A stretch of DNA of 27,154 nt from Myxococcota bacterium (GTDB taxonomy: Bacteria; Myxococcota; SpSt-1050): NCBI GenBank assembly GCA_049969675.1, contig JBMFOP010000041.1:1-27154 (forward strand), in the 5' to 3' direction. Shown in pieces: positions 1 to 7,964 of this stretch; the stretch's first letter is position 1; the number at the start of each line of letters is the position of its first letter. The notes beneath the pieces were generated by a model, which was not told the origin of the DNA, did not search any database, and saw nothing but the letters and a program-made list of their open reading frames with translations. Position numbers and translations under genes: made by a program.

Positions 1-1736
1 ATCTTCTCCTCTTTTACCCCAACTTTGACCTCTCTCTTCTCCTCTATCTCCTTATTCTCAGATGCCCCCTTCTCAACCAGATTTTCAACCAGACCCGCAA
101 CCTCTTTTTTTTCAACTCTATCTTTTACCTCCATTCTCCTCTCAGTCTGTGGCTGGAGACTAACTCTCAAACCCCTTTGCAAATAATAGAATTTGTATCC
201 AAAATATCCACCTGCCATCAGTCCAATAGCGACAAAAATGAAGATAAATTTATATATACCCCTACCCTTAAGCTCCTTCTTCCTCTCTCTATCCTTCCTT
301 CCGAGTAATGAACCCTTTACATAGGATGAGGTTGAGAGTGTTACATTTTCAATCAGTGTATTCTCTATCAGTTGCTCTTTAGGGCTCAGTTCAGTCTTAT
401 CTGGAGAGATAACATTACCAACTACCCGCTTTTGCATCGGCTGAGATTCGGGATGTGCCTCTCTCTCTTTTAGCCCACTATTTCTTTCTAAAACGACCTC
501 TCTTAAATCCTTCTTCTGTGGGCTGGGACCCAACTCTGTTTTATTTTCTTCAGGTGCACCCTCTCCTCTTTCAACCTTTGGTGATTCTGCCTTCACTGAA
601 TCCGCTATTGTATATTCACCAACATCTGATTTTTGTATAATCTCCTGATTCCTCTTCTCCTCCTTTACAAAGACATTCTCTGCCCACAACTCGGGTGCCG
701 GACTTTTCTTTGGCTCTTCAGATATTGCCTCTTCAACCTTAGCGGCAGCCCCAACCACAGGGTCAGGAAGTGTTGAGATGATTCTACTCTCTCCCTCTGC
801 CCTCTTTGCAAAGATATCATAAATAATGCCATCAAAATAGAGTGCGGATATTATCTTTAGAGTCTCCAGTTCATCAAGCTCCGACATCTCAACAATATCA
901 TTTATAGAACGTTCTCTATCTATCAATTTGAGTACTTTATTCACATTGTCGGGAATATCCTTCAATCTCTCTCTCAGGATATTGCTATCCACCTCAAGTC
1001 GGGTTGTAAGCGGTGGGAGCTGTTCGGTAAACTTCATATATTCATCAAGCCTGCGCATACCTTCCATAATAATTGCACTATTGGGTCTTATAATCTCTGA
1101 TTCCACATCAATATCCAGAAAGGACATCTTAAAAATACCCTCATTGAATGTCAGCATCCGATAAACAGCAGGCTCTCCTCTCAGTCTCCCCACATTTGCC
1201 TGAACAATCTGGCCGTTCTTGAAGAATATCCTCCCGTCCTGAACCTTCCCCTTTATCTCCAGAATACCACTCTTCTTATTCAATTCTATTGTCTGAATAA
1301 TATCATAAAGTCCAATGTCGGAAAGGGAGCCGATAAATCCGGCTGTAATTCCCTCTTCTACCCTCTGTTGCTCCTTCTTTTGTAGATGAATCTTTATTCT
1401 GGCTATTATCTCCTTAATATATATTGGCTTAATAAGGTAATCATCAATCCCGATCTCAAGGGCCCTTATTCTGGTATTTATCTCTTTATTGGAACTAATA
1501 AGTATTACCGGGAGATTTTTAAACTGATCCTTGAGCCCGGCTGCAAATTCAAATGCCTCGGAATCTTTCACAGAATCTATTATTACCAGATCCGGAGCCG
1601 CAATCTTAATCTGCTCAATGGCATCTGAATAACTCATTACCGATGCCACCATAAAGCCAGCCTTTCTCAGACTCACCTCAAGTATTCTCAGGGAGTTGTA
1701 TTCAAGCCCAATAATGAGGATATCCTGTCTTGCCAT
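1..1736 (-). CDS. Receiver (REC) + DUF4388 domain protein with a long linker and one transmembrane helix; 3' end lies outside the window
   Basis: Not in the ORF track because there is no stop in the window. ATG at 1736 follows AAGGAG. Manual translation: MARQDILIIGLEYNSLRILEVSLRKAGF...PDLVIID...LPVILISS...DDYLIKPIYIKE (REC), then GFIGSLSDIGLYDIIQTIELNKKSGILEI...IFFKNGQIVQA...EGMRRLDE (DUF4388-like), a charged linker and the hydrophobic IYKFIFIFVAIGLMAGGYFGY near nt 190-260. The frame stays open to the window edge. Confidence 0.85.
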   Translation of the reverse strand, partial: MARQDILIIGLEYNSLRILEVSLRKAGFMVASVMSYSDAIEQIKIAAPDLVIIDSVKDSEAFEFAAGLKDQFKNLPVILISSNKEINTRIRALEIGIDDYLIKPIYIKEIIARIKIHLQKKEQQRVEEGITAGFIGSLSDIGLYDIIQTIELNKKSGILEIKGKVQDGRIFFKNGQIVQANVGRLRGEPAVYRMLTFNEGIFKMSFLDIDVESEIIRPNSAIIMEGMRRLDEYMKFTEQLPPLTTRLEVDSNILRERLKDIPDNVNKVLKLIDRERSINDIVEMSELDELETLKIISALYFDGIIYDIFAKRAEGESRIISTLPDPVVGAAAKVEEAISEEPKKSPAPELWAENVFVKEEKRNQEIIQKSDVGEYTIADSVKAESPKVERGEGAPEENKTELGPSPQKKDLREVVLERNSGLKEREAHPESQPMQKRVVGNVISPDKTELSPKEQLIENTLIENVTLSTSSYVKGSLLGRKDRERKKELKGRGIYKFIFIFVAIGLMAGGYFGYKFYYLQRGLRVSLQPQTERRMEVKDRVEKKEVAGLVENLVEKGASENKEIEEKREVKVGVKEEK

Positions 1737-1764
1737 CTATTAATGGTCTCCTTAAATTGCTAAT

Positions 1765-1793
1765 ATAATCCCTCAAAGAACCCTACTTGTCAA
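1765..1793 (-). promoter_or_regulatory. Putative sigma70 promoter for the REC/DUF4388 gene
   Basis: Minus strand TTGACA (1793-1788), 17 nt spacer, GATTAT (1770-1765); about 30 nt upstream of the ATG. Confidence 0.45.
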
Positions 1794-1839
1794 GCCCAAG
1801 AGTAAATAAAATAATGTCTTTATAATTTATGAAGAGAGA

Positions 1840-1965
1840 CTATATCTTAAATGTCACCCTATTCTTCCCCTCTCTTTTAGAGATATAGAGATTCTCATCT
1901 GCCAACCTGATAAGTCTATTCATATCATCATAAGGTTTTTTGATATTTTCAATATAGGCACCCTT
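1840..1965 (-). pseudogene. Remnant of the C-terminal end of a GGDEF (diguanylate cyclase) domain
   Basis: Minus-strand frame reads KGAYIENIKKPYDDMNRLIRLADENLYISKREGKNRVTFKI* and matches the GGDEF C-terminal consensus L-x-x-AD-x-x-LY-x-(A/S)K-x-x-G(R/K)NRV. An in-frame TGA lies immediately upstream (1968-1966) and no GGDEF motif is present. Confidence 0.75.
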
Positions 1966-2032
1966 TCACATAACGACCGGAAAGACTTCTTAATTTAGAT
2001 AAAAAACTGCACAAACAAAATAAATCATACAT

Positions 2033-2061
2033 TTGACATAAATGAAAAATACTGATATTTT
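2033..2061 (+). promoter_or_regulatory. Putative sigma70 promoter for the lipoprotein-endonuclease-YkgJ operon
   Basis: TTGACA (2033-2038), 17 nt spacer ending in TGA (extended -10), TATTTT (2056-2061); followed by AGGAGG and ATG at 2090. Confidence 0.55.
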
Positions 2062-2089
2062 AATCACACTTTTCACAGGAGGTACTGTA

Positions 2090-2602
2090 ATGGAGAAGTT
2101 AGCATCTTTGGTGTTTTGTCTCTCGCTTATGGCAGCATTTATTTATTGTTCTTCTGAGGATTCAAATAGTGGCGGTGATATAGGTGATACAACACTATCA
2201 GATGAGGAGATTCCAACAGGACATGCCATTTTCGGGAAAGCCTGCGATACCAATGACTTTTGCAACAAAAATAGACCAGATGGTCCAAATATATGCCTCA
2301 CAACAGATTTCTTAAGAGTAAACAACATCACCGGTGAGATGCCAAATGGTTATTGCTCCAGACTCAACTGCGATGTAAACAATGCAGACACAGCCTGTGG
2401 AACTGGCGCCGTCTGCCTAAGCACCAAACCATTTGATGAGAACTGTCAGGGACTTGGAATCTGTATGCTTCTCTGTAATACTGATGATGACTGCAGAAAA
2501 TCTGAGGGATATATCTGCCTTGAAAGGAAGGAGATAGACCCAAATCATAAGATATGCATCCACCAGAGCTTCAAAGATTATCCAATAGCCTGCAAACAGT
2601 AA
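2090..2602 (+). CDS. Cys-rich lipoprotein of unknown function
   Basis: Start moved to ATG 2090, which has an AGGAGG RBS. Hydrophobic signal ends AAFIY-C followed by a S/D/G linker. There are 14 further Cys in patterns such as GYCSRLNC, CGTGAVC and CNTDDDCRKSEGYIC, resembling myxobacterial Cys-rich surface proteins. Confidence 0.75.
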   Translation: MEKLASLVFCLSLMAAFIYCSSEDSNSGGDIGDTTLSDEEIPTGHAIFGKACDTNDFCNKNRPDGPNICLTTDFLRVNNITGEMPNGYCSRLNCDVNNADTACGTGAVCLSTKPFDENCQGLGICMLLCNTDDDCRKSEGYICLERKEIDPNHKICIHQSFKDYPIACKQ

Positions 2603-2611
2603 TATTATTAA

Positions 2612-3700
2612 ATGACATCAAGACATAAATATAAAGGTGGTTATCATTACCACCTATTCTTATTGGTGGTACTCCTCGCAATACTGGCTACAGCCTGTGG
2701 TGAATTTGTAAGAGACCATAAATCCACACCTGATGTAGATAAAAATCAAGATGCAGGGTTTGATATTGAGATGGACCAGTCTCAAGATGCACCTACAGAT
2801 TCGTATGAAGAATTAAAGGATATCAAAGAAGACACTTACATTGATGTCGGGGAAGATATCTTCTACAATACACAGAGCGATACAGTATCAGATGAGATAA
2901 CCTTTCTGGATACAGATTTTGATGAAAATATTGAACCTGATCCTTCAGATGTAGAGGATTACATAGCAATTGATGATAACAGAGATATCTCATATTATGA
3001 TGTTATTTATGATGTATATGAAGATACCTCATCATCCTGTGACTGCGATGCCGGGAATAGTTGTGGCAAATGCTACTATCCAGGAACGGATGGACTTACA
3101 AATCAGGCTCTAAAAGATAAACTGTATCAGATAATAAAAGACCATACTTCACTTGGATATGATAGCGCAAGAGTAAAGATGTTCTCTGAGATAGACAATA
3201 AAGATGGGTGGGTTGAGTGTGTATACACTGGATTTAGGCTTAAGACTTCTGGAGTTCCAGATGCAAATATAATGAACACAGAACATACCTGGCCACAAAG
3301 TGCGGGTGCCGGGAGTGAACCTGCAAGGTCTGACCTCTTTCATCTCTTCCCCACAAAATCAGATGCAAATTCAAGACGCGCAAACTATCCATTCGGGACA
3401 GTTGTAAATACTGTATGGTCGGAGGGAGGAAGCAAACTCGGGACTGATGCAAATGGAGTTACCGTCTTTGAACCGAGGGATGTGCACAAAGGAAATGTGG
3501 CACGTGCAATGTTCTACTTTAGTGTGAGATATAGGCTCCCAATAGATAACAAACAGGAGGCAGAACTAAAAAAGTGGCATACACTTGACCCTGTTGATAC
3601 GGATGAGATTGAGAGATGCAATAAGATTAGCTCATATCAGCACAATAGAAACCCCTTTGTAGACTGGCCCGACTTTGTAAATCGTATAGAAGATTTTTAA
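2612..3700 (+). CDS. Endonuclease I family (EndA/Bsn-like) nuclease, predicted lipoprotein with an acidic linker
   Basis: Lipobox LATA-C; Asp/Glu-rich linker; catalytic motifs NTEHTWPQS, SDLFHLFPT..N.RR.NYPFG, FEPRD.HKGNVARAMFYF..RY, W...DPVD..E..R, QHNRNPFVD. Confidence 0.9.
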   Translation: MTSRHKYKGGYHYHLFLLVVLLAILATACGEFVRDHKSTPDVDKNQDAGFDIEMDQSQDAPTDSYEELKDIKEDTYIDVGEDIFYNTQSDTVSDEITFLDTDFDENIEPDPSDVEDYIAIDDNRDISYYDVIYDVYEDTSSSCDCDAGNSCGKCYYPGTDGLTNQALKDKLYQIIKDHTSLGYDSARVKMFSEIDNKDGWVECVYTGFRLKTSGVPDANIMNTEHTWPQSAGAGSEPARSDLFHLFPTKSDANSRRANYPFGTVVNTVWSEGGSKLGTDANGVTVFEPRDVHKGNVARAMFYFSVRYRLPIDNKQEAELKKWHTLDPVDTDEIERCNKISSYQHNRNPFVDWPDFVNRIEDF

Positions 3701-3703
3701 GAG

Positions 3704-4216
3704 TTGAAAGAGATTCAAAAAAACAATCAATATTTTATTGAATATCAGAAAATAAGAGACGAGACACTGAGGTTTTATAGAACATTCAAAGAAAACTATA
3801 GAAATTTTATGTGTCAAAAGGGGTGTACAGACTGCTGTGAGTCATTTTCAATTTTACCAGTTGAGTTCTACTGGATAAGAGAGATGAGAAGAGATGAGAA
3901 TCCTATTAATCAGGGTAAGAATTCAACAAAATGCAAATTTCTCATAAACGGTCTCTGTCAGATCTACAACCTCAGGCCAATAATGTGCATTACTCAGGGT
4001 CTACCCCTCCTTATAGGAGGAGAAGAAGGACAATCAAAAGAAATTATCATATGCCGGAAGAATAAGAATATAATCCCCAAAAACAGAAACAACAGATATA
4101 AGTTGTTTGAATACGATATCCTTATAGGTAAAATGATAGTCCTGAATGAGCTTTTCTGCCAAGAATTCAGAATCAATACAGAAAGGATAGATATTGGAGA
4201 TATTGGATTTTTATAA
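3704..4216 (+). CDS. YkgJ family cysteine-cluster (CxxCxxCC-type) protein
   Basis: CQKGCTDCC, then CKFLINGLCQIYNLRPIMC; TTG start 3 nt after the nuclease stop. Confidence 0.85.
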   Translation: MKEIQKNNQYFIEYQKIRDETLRFYRTFKENYRNFMCQKGCTDCCESFSILPVEFYWIREMRRDENPINQGKNSTKCKFLINGLCQIYNLRPIMCITQGLPLLIGGEEGQSKEIIICRKNKNIIPKNRNNRYKLFEYDILIGKMIVLNELFCQEFRINTERIDIGDIGFL

Positions 4217-4224
4217 CACTGTTC

Positions 4225-4458
4225 TTAGATTCCGCAGGAGCCGCCACCACAACCACAGGATGGGGATGACCCACCCTCAGAACCAGAAAATTCAGTGCCT
4301 GAGCTAGAAGAACCAAATGCACTGTAAGAAGACATTACCCTCTTAAATTTGCGGGAGCCACAATATTCACACTTTATATTTTCTGTATCGTGGAGGTTTC
4401 TCACCAGATATTCAAATATTCTATTGCATTCTTCACACTTATATTCATATATCGGCAT
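4225..4458 (-). CDS. FmdB family zinc-ribbon protein
   Basis: MPIYEYKCEEC...FE...CEYCGS...RVMS and a Ser/Gly tail ending CGCGGGSC; AAGGAGG RBS. Confidence 0.9.
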   Translation of the reverse strand: MPIYEYKCEECNRIFEYLVRNLHDTENIKCEYCGSRKFKRVMSSYSAFGSSSSGTEFSGSEGGSSPSCGCGGGSCGI

Positions 4459-4474
4459 AATGCCCTCCTTATTA

Positions 4475-4813
4475 TCAATTGGAAATTATATGTTTATCAA
4501 GCATCTTCTTCAGGACATGCTTTGGAACAGCGCCGATTATCTGATCTACGGGTTTTCCATCCTTAAATAACATAATGGTAGGAATACTTCTTATACCGTA
4601 CCTATATGCGGTCTGCTCATTTTCATCCACATTTAATTTGCCTACCTTAATTCTGCCCCGATATTCATCTGCCAGCTCCTCAATAACCGGTCCTACAAGT
4701 CTGCAGGGACCGCACCACGGTGCCCAGAAGTCCACAAGGACTGGCTCATTACTCTTTAATACAAGTGTTGTAAAATTCTGGTCAGTAACTTCAAAATGGT
4801 TATTTCCTGACAT
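4475..4813 (-). CDS. trxA: Thioredoxin
   Basis: [29 protein letters not shown]; start set at ATG 4813 after AAGGAGG. Confidence 0.96.
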   Translation of the reverse strand: MSGNNHFEVTDQNFTTLVLKSNEPVLVDFWAPWCGPCRLVGPVIEELADEYRGRIKVGKLNVDENEQTAYRYGIRSIPTIMLFKDGKPVDQIIGAVPKHVLKKMLDKHIISN

Positions 4814-4872
4814 ATACACACCTCCTTCGTTGGTTTAGATGAATAGGGCATAAAAAAGGTTTCAAAAAATAT

Positions 4873-4900
4873 TTGACAAAAATAATATTATTGGTAATAT
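4873..4900 (+). promoter_or_regulatory. Putative sigma70 promoter for the Lys/Glu-rich protein gene
   Basis: TTGACA (4873-4878), 16 nt spacer ending in TGG, TAATAT (4895-4900); AT-rich upstream; AAAGGAGG RBS downstream. Confidence 0.55.
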
Positions 4901-4931
4901 GTTATAAGTTTACTCTTAAAGGAGGAGTATC

Positions 4932-5258
4932 ATGAAGAAGGCATTATTGATTCTTTTGGCGTTTGGACTTCTTACACTCTTTGCGGTTGTAGCAGGTGCA
5001 CAGGAACAGGCTGCACCAGCACAGCCTGCACAGCAGGAGGTAAAGAAGGAGGAGGCAAAACCGGCAGAGGCTCAGCCTGCAGCAACAGAGGAGAAGAAGG
5101 AAGAGAAGAAAGAGGCTAAGGAAGAGAAGAAGGAAGAGAAGAAAGAGAAGAAGGCAAAGAAGGAGAAGAAGGAAGGCGGAGAAGAGAAGAAGGAAGGGAA
5201 GAAAGAGAAGAAGACAAAGAAGGAGAAGAAGGAAGGAGAAGAGAAGAAGGCTGAATAA
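4932..5258 (+). CDS. Secreted low-complexity Lys/Glu-rich protein
   Basis: Sec signal MKKALLILLAFGLLTLFAVVAGA-Q, an Ala/Pro/Gln segment, then EEKK/KKEKK repeats; strong RBS and its own terminator. Confidence 0.85.
   Translation: MKKALLILLAFGLLTLFAVVAGAQEQAAPAQPAQQEVKKEEAKPAEAQPAATEEKKEEKKEAKEEKKEEKKEKKAKKEKKEGGEEKKEGKKEKKTKKEKKEGEEKKAE
5087..5250 (+). repeat. Near-homopurine tract with a 60-nt tandem duplication, inside the CDS
   Basis: Only 5 pyrimidines in 164 nt. Nt 5121-5180 recurs at 5181-5237 (EEKKEEKKEKKAKKEKKEGG versus EEKKEGKKEKKTKKEKKEG). Confidence 0.85.
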
Positions 5259-5281
5259 ACTCTTCCATCAAGATTTTAATC

Positions 5282-5309
5282 AAAAGGCGTCGTCTCTGAC
5301 GCCTTTTTT
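5282..5309. terminator. Bidirectional intrinsic terminator
   Basis: AAAAGGCGTC-gtctct-GACGCCTTTTTT between the convergent genes ending at 5258 (+) and 5325 (-). Confidence 0.88.
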
Positions 5310-5324
5310 ATTTTAAACATTTTA

Positions 5325-5708
5325 TTATTCTATCAACTCAAATGCGCCTTCAAGATATTCAATAGAGTAATCAGTATTCCCAACAAATACAACAGATGCC
5401 ACATCAAATCTAAATGAGTATTTATTATAATAATCTGGATTTTGGGAGATAAAGTACTTTGCCGTTTTACTGACCTTTCTCTGCTTACGGTATGTCACAG
5501 TCTCATAAGGCTCTCCATAACTGGAATCACTTCGAGAACGAACCTCTACAAAACAGATATATTCCCCCTTTGCCGCCACAATATCTATCTCCCCTACCGG
5601 ACATCTATAATTTCTCTCAATAATCTTATAACCCATACCCAGAAGATATTTCACAACCAGTTCCTCCGCATACCCACCTGAATATCCCTTTTCAAATCTA
5701 TTCTTCAT
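5325..5708 (-). CDS. yraN: YraN/UPF0102 family protein
   Basis: G..AEE....YL...GYKIIERNYRC..GEIDIVA....ICFVEVRSR, RFDV; usual position after rnhB. Confidence 0.92.
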   Translation of the reverse strand: MKNRFEKGYSGGYAEELVVKYLLGMGYKIIERNYRCPVGEIDIVAAKGEYICFVEVRSRSDSSYGEPYETVTYRKQRKVSKTAKYFISQNPDYYNKYSFRFDVASVVFVGNTDYSIEYLEGAFELIE

Positions 5709-6325
5709 CCAAAAAGCCTGAAACTCTTTCTATGAATCTCACAGAGCCCAAATCTCTTTATCGCCTCGTAATGAAGTCTTGTCCCATATCCTTTATGTAT
5801 GGCGAAACCATATTGAGGGTATCTTCTATCCAATCTTCTCATTAAATCATCCCTATATACCTTTGCAACTATAGATGCAGCACCAATGTTCTCAGAGATG
5901 ATGTCCCCCTTTATGATTGCCCTGCATTCTACTGGAAGGCTGAGAGAATCTCTGCCGTCCACAAGCACAAGATCTATCTTAACATCAGTCTTTTTCATCA
6001 GGTTCAATACAGCCCTTTTCATTGCAAATAGAGTTGCCCTTCTTATATTGATTCTATCAATTATCAGATTTGAGACTTTGCTGATTGAATAGGCTATTGC
6101 CTTAGCCTTTATCTGCTCTGCGAGTTCTAATCTCTCTTTCTCAGTAAGCCTCTTGGAATCGGTAATCCCTGAGATATTGTGATTTTGAGGAAGTAAAAGT
6201 GCGCAGACAACCACAGGACCAGCGAGAGGTCCTCGCCCTACCTCATCTACACCCGCAATAAAATTAAACCCCTCCCTCCTCAGAGCATCTTCAATTTTCT
6301 CAAATCTTTCAGAATCAGAAAACAA
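5705..6325 (-). CDS. rnhB: Ribonuclease HII
   Basis: IAGVDEVGRGPLAGPVV, DSKRL, LVDG, KGD, AASIVAKVYRD, HKGYGT; TTG start. Confidence 0.96.
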   Translation of the reverse strand: MFSDSERFEKIEDALRREGFNFIAGVDEVGRGPLAGPVVVCALLLPQNHNISGITDSKRLTEKERLELAEQIKAKAIAYSISKVSNLIIDRINIRRATLFAMKRAVLNLMKKTDVKIDLVLVDGRDSLSLPVECRAIIKGDIISENIGAASIVAKVYRDDLMRRLDRRYPQYGFAIHKGYGTRLHYEAIKRFGLCEIHRKSFRLFG

Positions 6326-6334
6326 GAGAGGACC

Positions 6335-6679
6335 TCATCTCTCCTCTTCTATTCTGGCTGCCTTTCCTTTGAGCTCCTTCAGGTAGTAGAGACGGGACCT
6401 TCTAACCTTACCTCTTGTGACAATCTCAATCTTCTCAATAGTCGGTGCATTGATAAAGAAGATCTTCTCAACTCCAACACCATATGAAATCTTCCTGACC
6501 GTAATTGAACTCCTGTTGCTTGCCCTCTTACGCCTGATGACCACGCCTTCAAATACCTGCACCCTCTCCTTGTCACCTTCATAAATCTTCTGGTAAACCC
6601 TTACGGTATCGCCCGGCCTTATATCGGGGATATCTTCTCTAACCTGTCTCTTTTCAATCAGATTCATTACTGTCTTCAT
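6335..6679 (-). CDS. rplS: 50S ribosomal protein L19
   Basis: [50 protein letters not shown]; start set at ATG 6679 after GGAGG. Confidence 0.97.
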   Translation of the reverse strand: MKTVMNLIEKRQVREDIPDIRPGDTVRVYQKIYEGDKERVQVFEGVVIRRKRASNRSSITVRKISYGVGVEKIFFINAPTIEKIEIVTRGKVRRSRLYYLKELKGKAARIEEER

Positions 6680-7397
6680 AACTCGCCTCCAATTGCGATA
6701 TAATTTTTTTATCTTCATCAGTCAAGGAAAATTTTTCAAATAAATCCGCTCTTCTCTTCTTTGTCCTTATTATTGACTGATATCGTCTCCACTTTCTGAT
6801 CTCATCATGATTGCCGGAGAACAATATATCAGGGACCTTAAACCCCATAAAGTCCCTTGGCCTTGTATATTGGGGATATTCTAACAGATTCTCACTAAAA
6901 GACTCCTCTTTGATGGACTGTGGATTCCCCACCACATCTGGCATAAGCCTCACAATTGAGTCAATTATAGCACATGCCGCTATCTCGCCACCTGAGAGGA
7001 CAAAATCCCCAATAGAGATCTCCTCATCTATAAAATATCCAATCCTTTCATCAACACCTTCATACCTTCCACAAATAAACAAAATATTATCCTTCCTAAG
7101 AAATTCCTTTGCCTTATCCTGTGAATAGACATTTCCTGAACAGGAGAGTAGAACTCTATGGGCTTTATGTTCAGGGTCTTCTTTATTAAGTGCCTTAAAT
7201 ATAGGTTCAATAAGCATTACCATACCCGCACCACCGCCAAAAGGTCTATCATCCACTGTTTTATGAGGGTCCTGAGTAAAATCTCTGAGGTTTATTCTAT
7301 TTAGCTCAAACTTTCCATCTTTTAATGCCTGTCCTACAACTCCATAATTGAGTGCATCAAATATATCAGGGAATATTGTAATAACGGATATCTTCAT
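6654..7397 (-). CDS. trmD: tRNA (guanine37-N1)-methyltransferase
   Basis: [50 protein letters not shown]. Confidence 0.97.
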   Translation of the reverse strand: MKISVITIFPDIFDALNYGVVGQALKDGKFELNRINLRDFTQDPHKTVDDRPFGGGAGMVMLIEPIFKALNKEDPEHKAHRVLLSCSGNVYSQDKAKEFLRKDNILFICGRYEGVDERIGYFIDEEISIGDFVLSGGEIAACAIIDSIVRLMPDVVGNPQSIKEESFSENLLEYPQYTRPRDFMGFKVPDILFSGNHDEIRKWRRYQSIIRTKKRRADLFEKFSLTDEDKKIISQLEASYEDSNESD

Positions 7398-7903
7398 TCA
7401 ATCAGACCTTCAATGAGCCTAATAATTATCTGTCCCTTCACTGTATCAATCTTTCTGATGAATTCATCTACATATGGAATCAGTACCTCAGAACCATTTA
7501 TATGCCTTACAACCATAATATCCTGTGCACCGTTATTAATAAAATCCTCAACTATACCAATCTCTCTGCCATCCTCATCAAATACAAAGTAGCCTATTAG
7601 AAGAGAGAGATATACCAATCCATCTGGTAGAGGAGGGAGCATATCTGGAGTAATAAGGAGCCTCTTCCCCTTTAAGCCCTCTGCCTCCCTCCTTATAACT
7701 ACCCCCTCAAGATTTACAATACAGAATCTCGGCTCAATTCTCCTGACCTTGAGAATCCTTAAGATCCTACTTTCCTTTTCATCACCCACATATATCCTGT
7801 CAACCTTGCAAAGAACCGGGTCATCTGTATTGTACAGACAGACCTTTACAGCGCCCTTTAACCCATGCGCCGATATTATTTCACCAATAGGAATCAGTCT
7901 CAT
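7394..7903 (-). CDS. rimM: Ribosome maturation factor RimM
   Basis: IGEIISAHGLKGAVKV, GAQDIMVV, VLIPYVDEFI; synteny. Confidence 0.95.
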   Translation of the reverse strand: MRLIPIGEIISAHGLKGAVKVCLYNTDDPVLCKVDRIYVGDEKESRILRILKVRRIEPRFCIVNLEGVVIRREAEGLKGKRLLITPDMLPPLPDGLVYLSLLIGYFVFDEDGREIGIVEDFINNGAQDIMVVRHINGSEVLIPYVDEFIRKIDTVKGQIIIRLIEGLIE

Positions 7904-7911
7904 CTAATAAT

Positions 7912-7943
7912 AAAAAAGCCGGTGAAATTTTACTTCCACCGGC
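7912..7943 (-). terminator. Intrinsic terminator or attenuator between khpA and rimM
   Basis: Minus strand GCCGGTG-gaagtaaaattt-CACCGGC followed by TTTTTT, ending 8 nt before the rimM ATG. Confidence 0.7.
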
Positions 7944-7964
7944 CATAGACATTGGTGGGAATTA

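Noticed and set aside
455..1628. Three short + strand ORFs (455-640, 928-1164, 1386-1628)
   Set aside because: They are antisense shadows of the long minus-strand REC/DUF4388 gene and have no motifs or RBS.
2042..2089. ORF-track start at 2042
   Set aside because: It falls inside the predicted promoter; ATG 2090 has an AGGAGG RBS and begins a proper signal peptide.
5087..5250. Repetitive GAAGAAG tract as a CRISPR array or non-coding satellite
   Set aside because: No repeat-spacer structure; it is in-frame Lys/Glu coding sequence.
5325..5708. YraN nuclease-fold gene as a defence or mobile element component
   Set aside because: It sits in its usual position after rplS-rnhB, with no transposase, integrase or defence genes nearby.
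6680..6718. N-terminal extension of L19 in the ORF track
   Set aside because: It overlaps trmD more deeply, and the GGAGG RBS points to ATG 6679.
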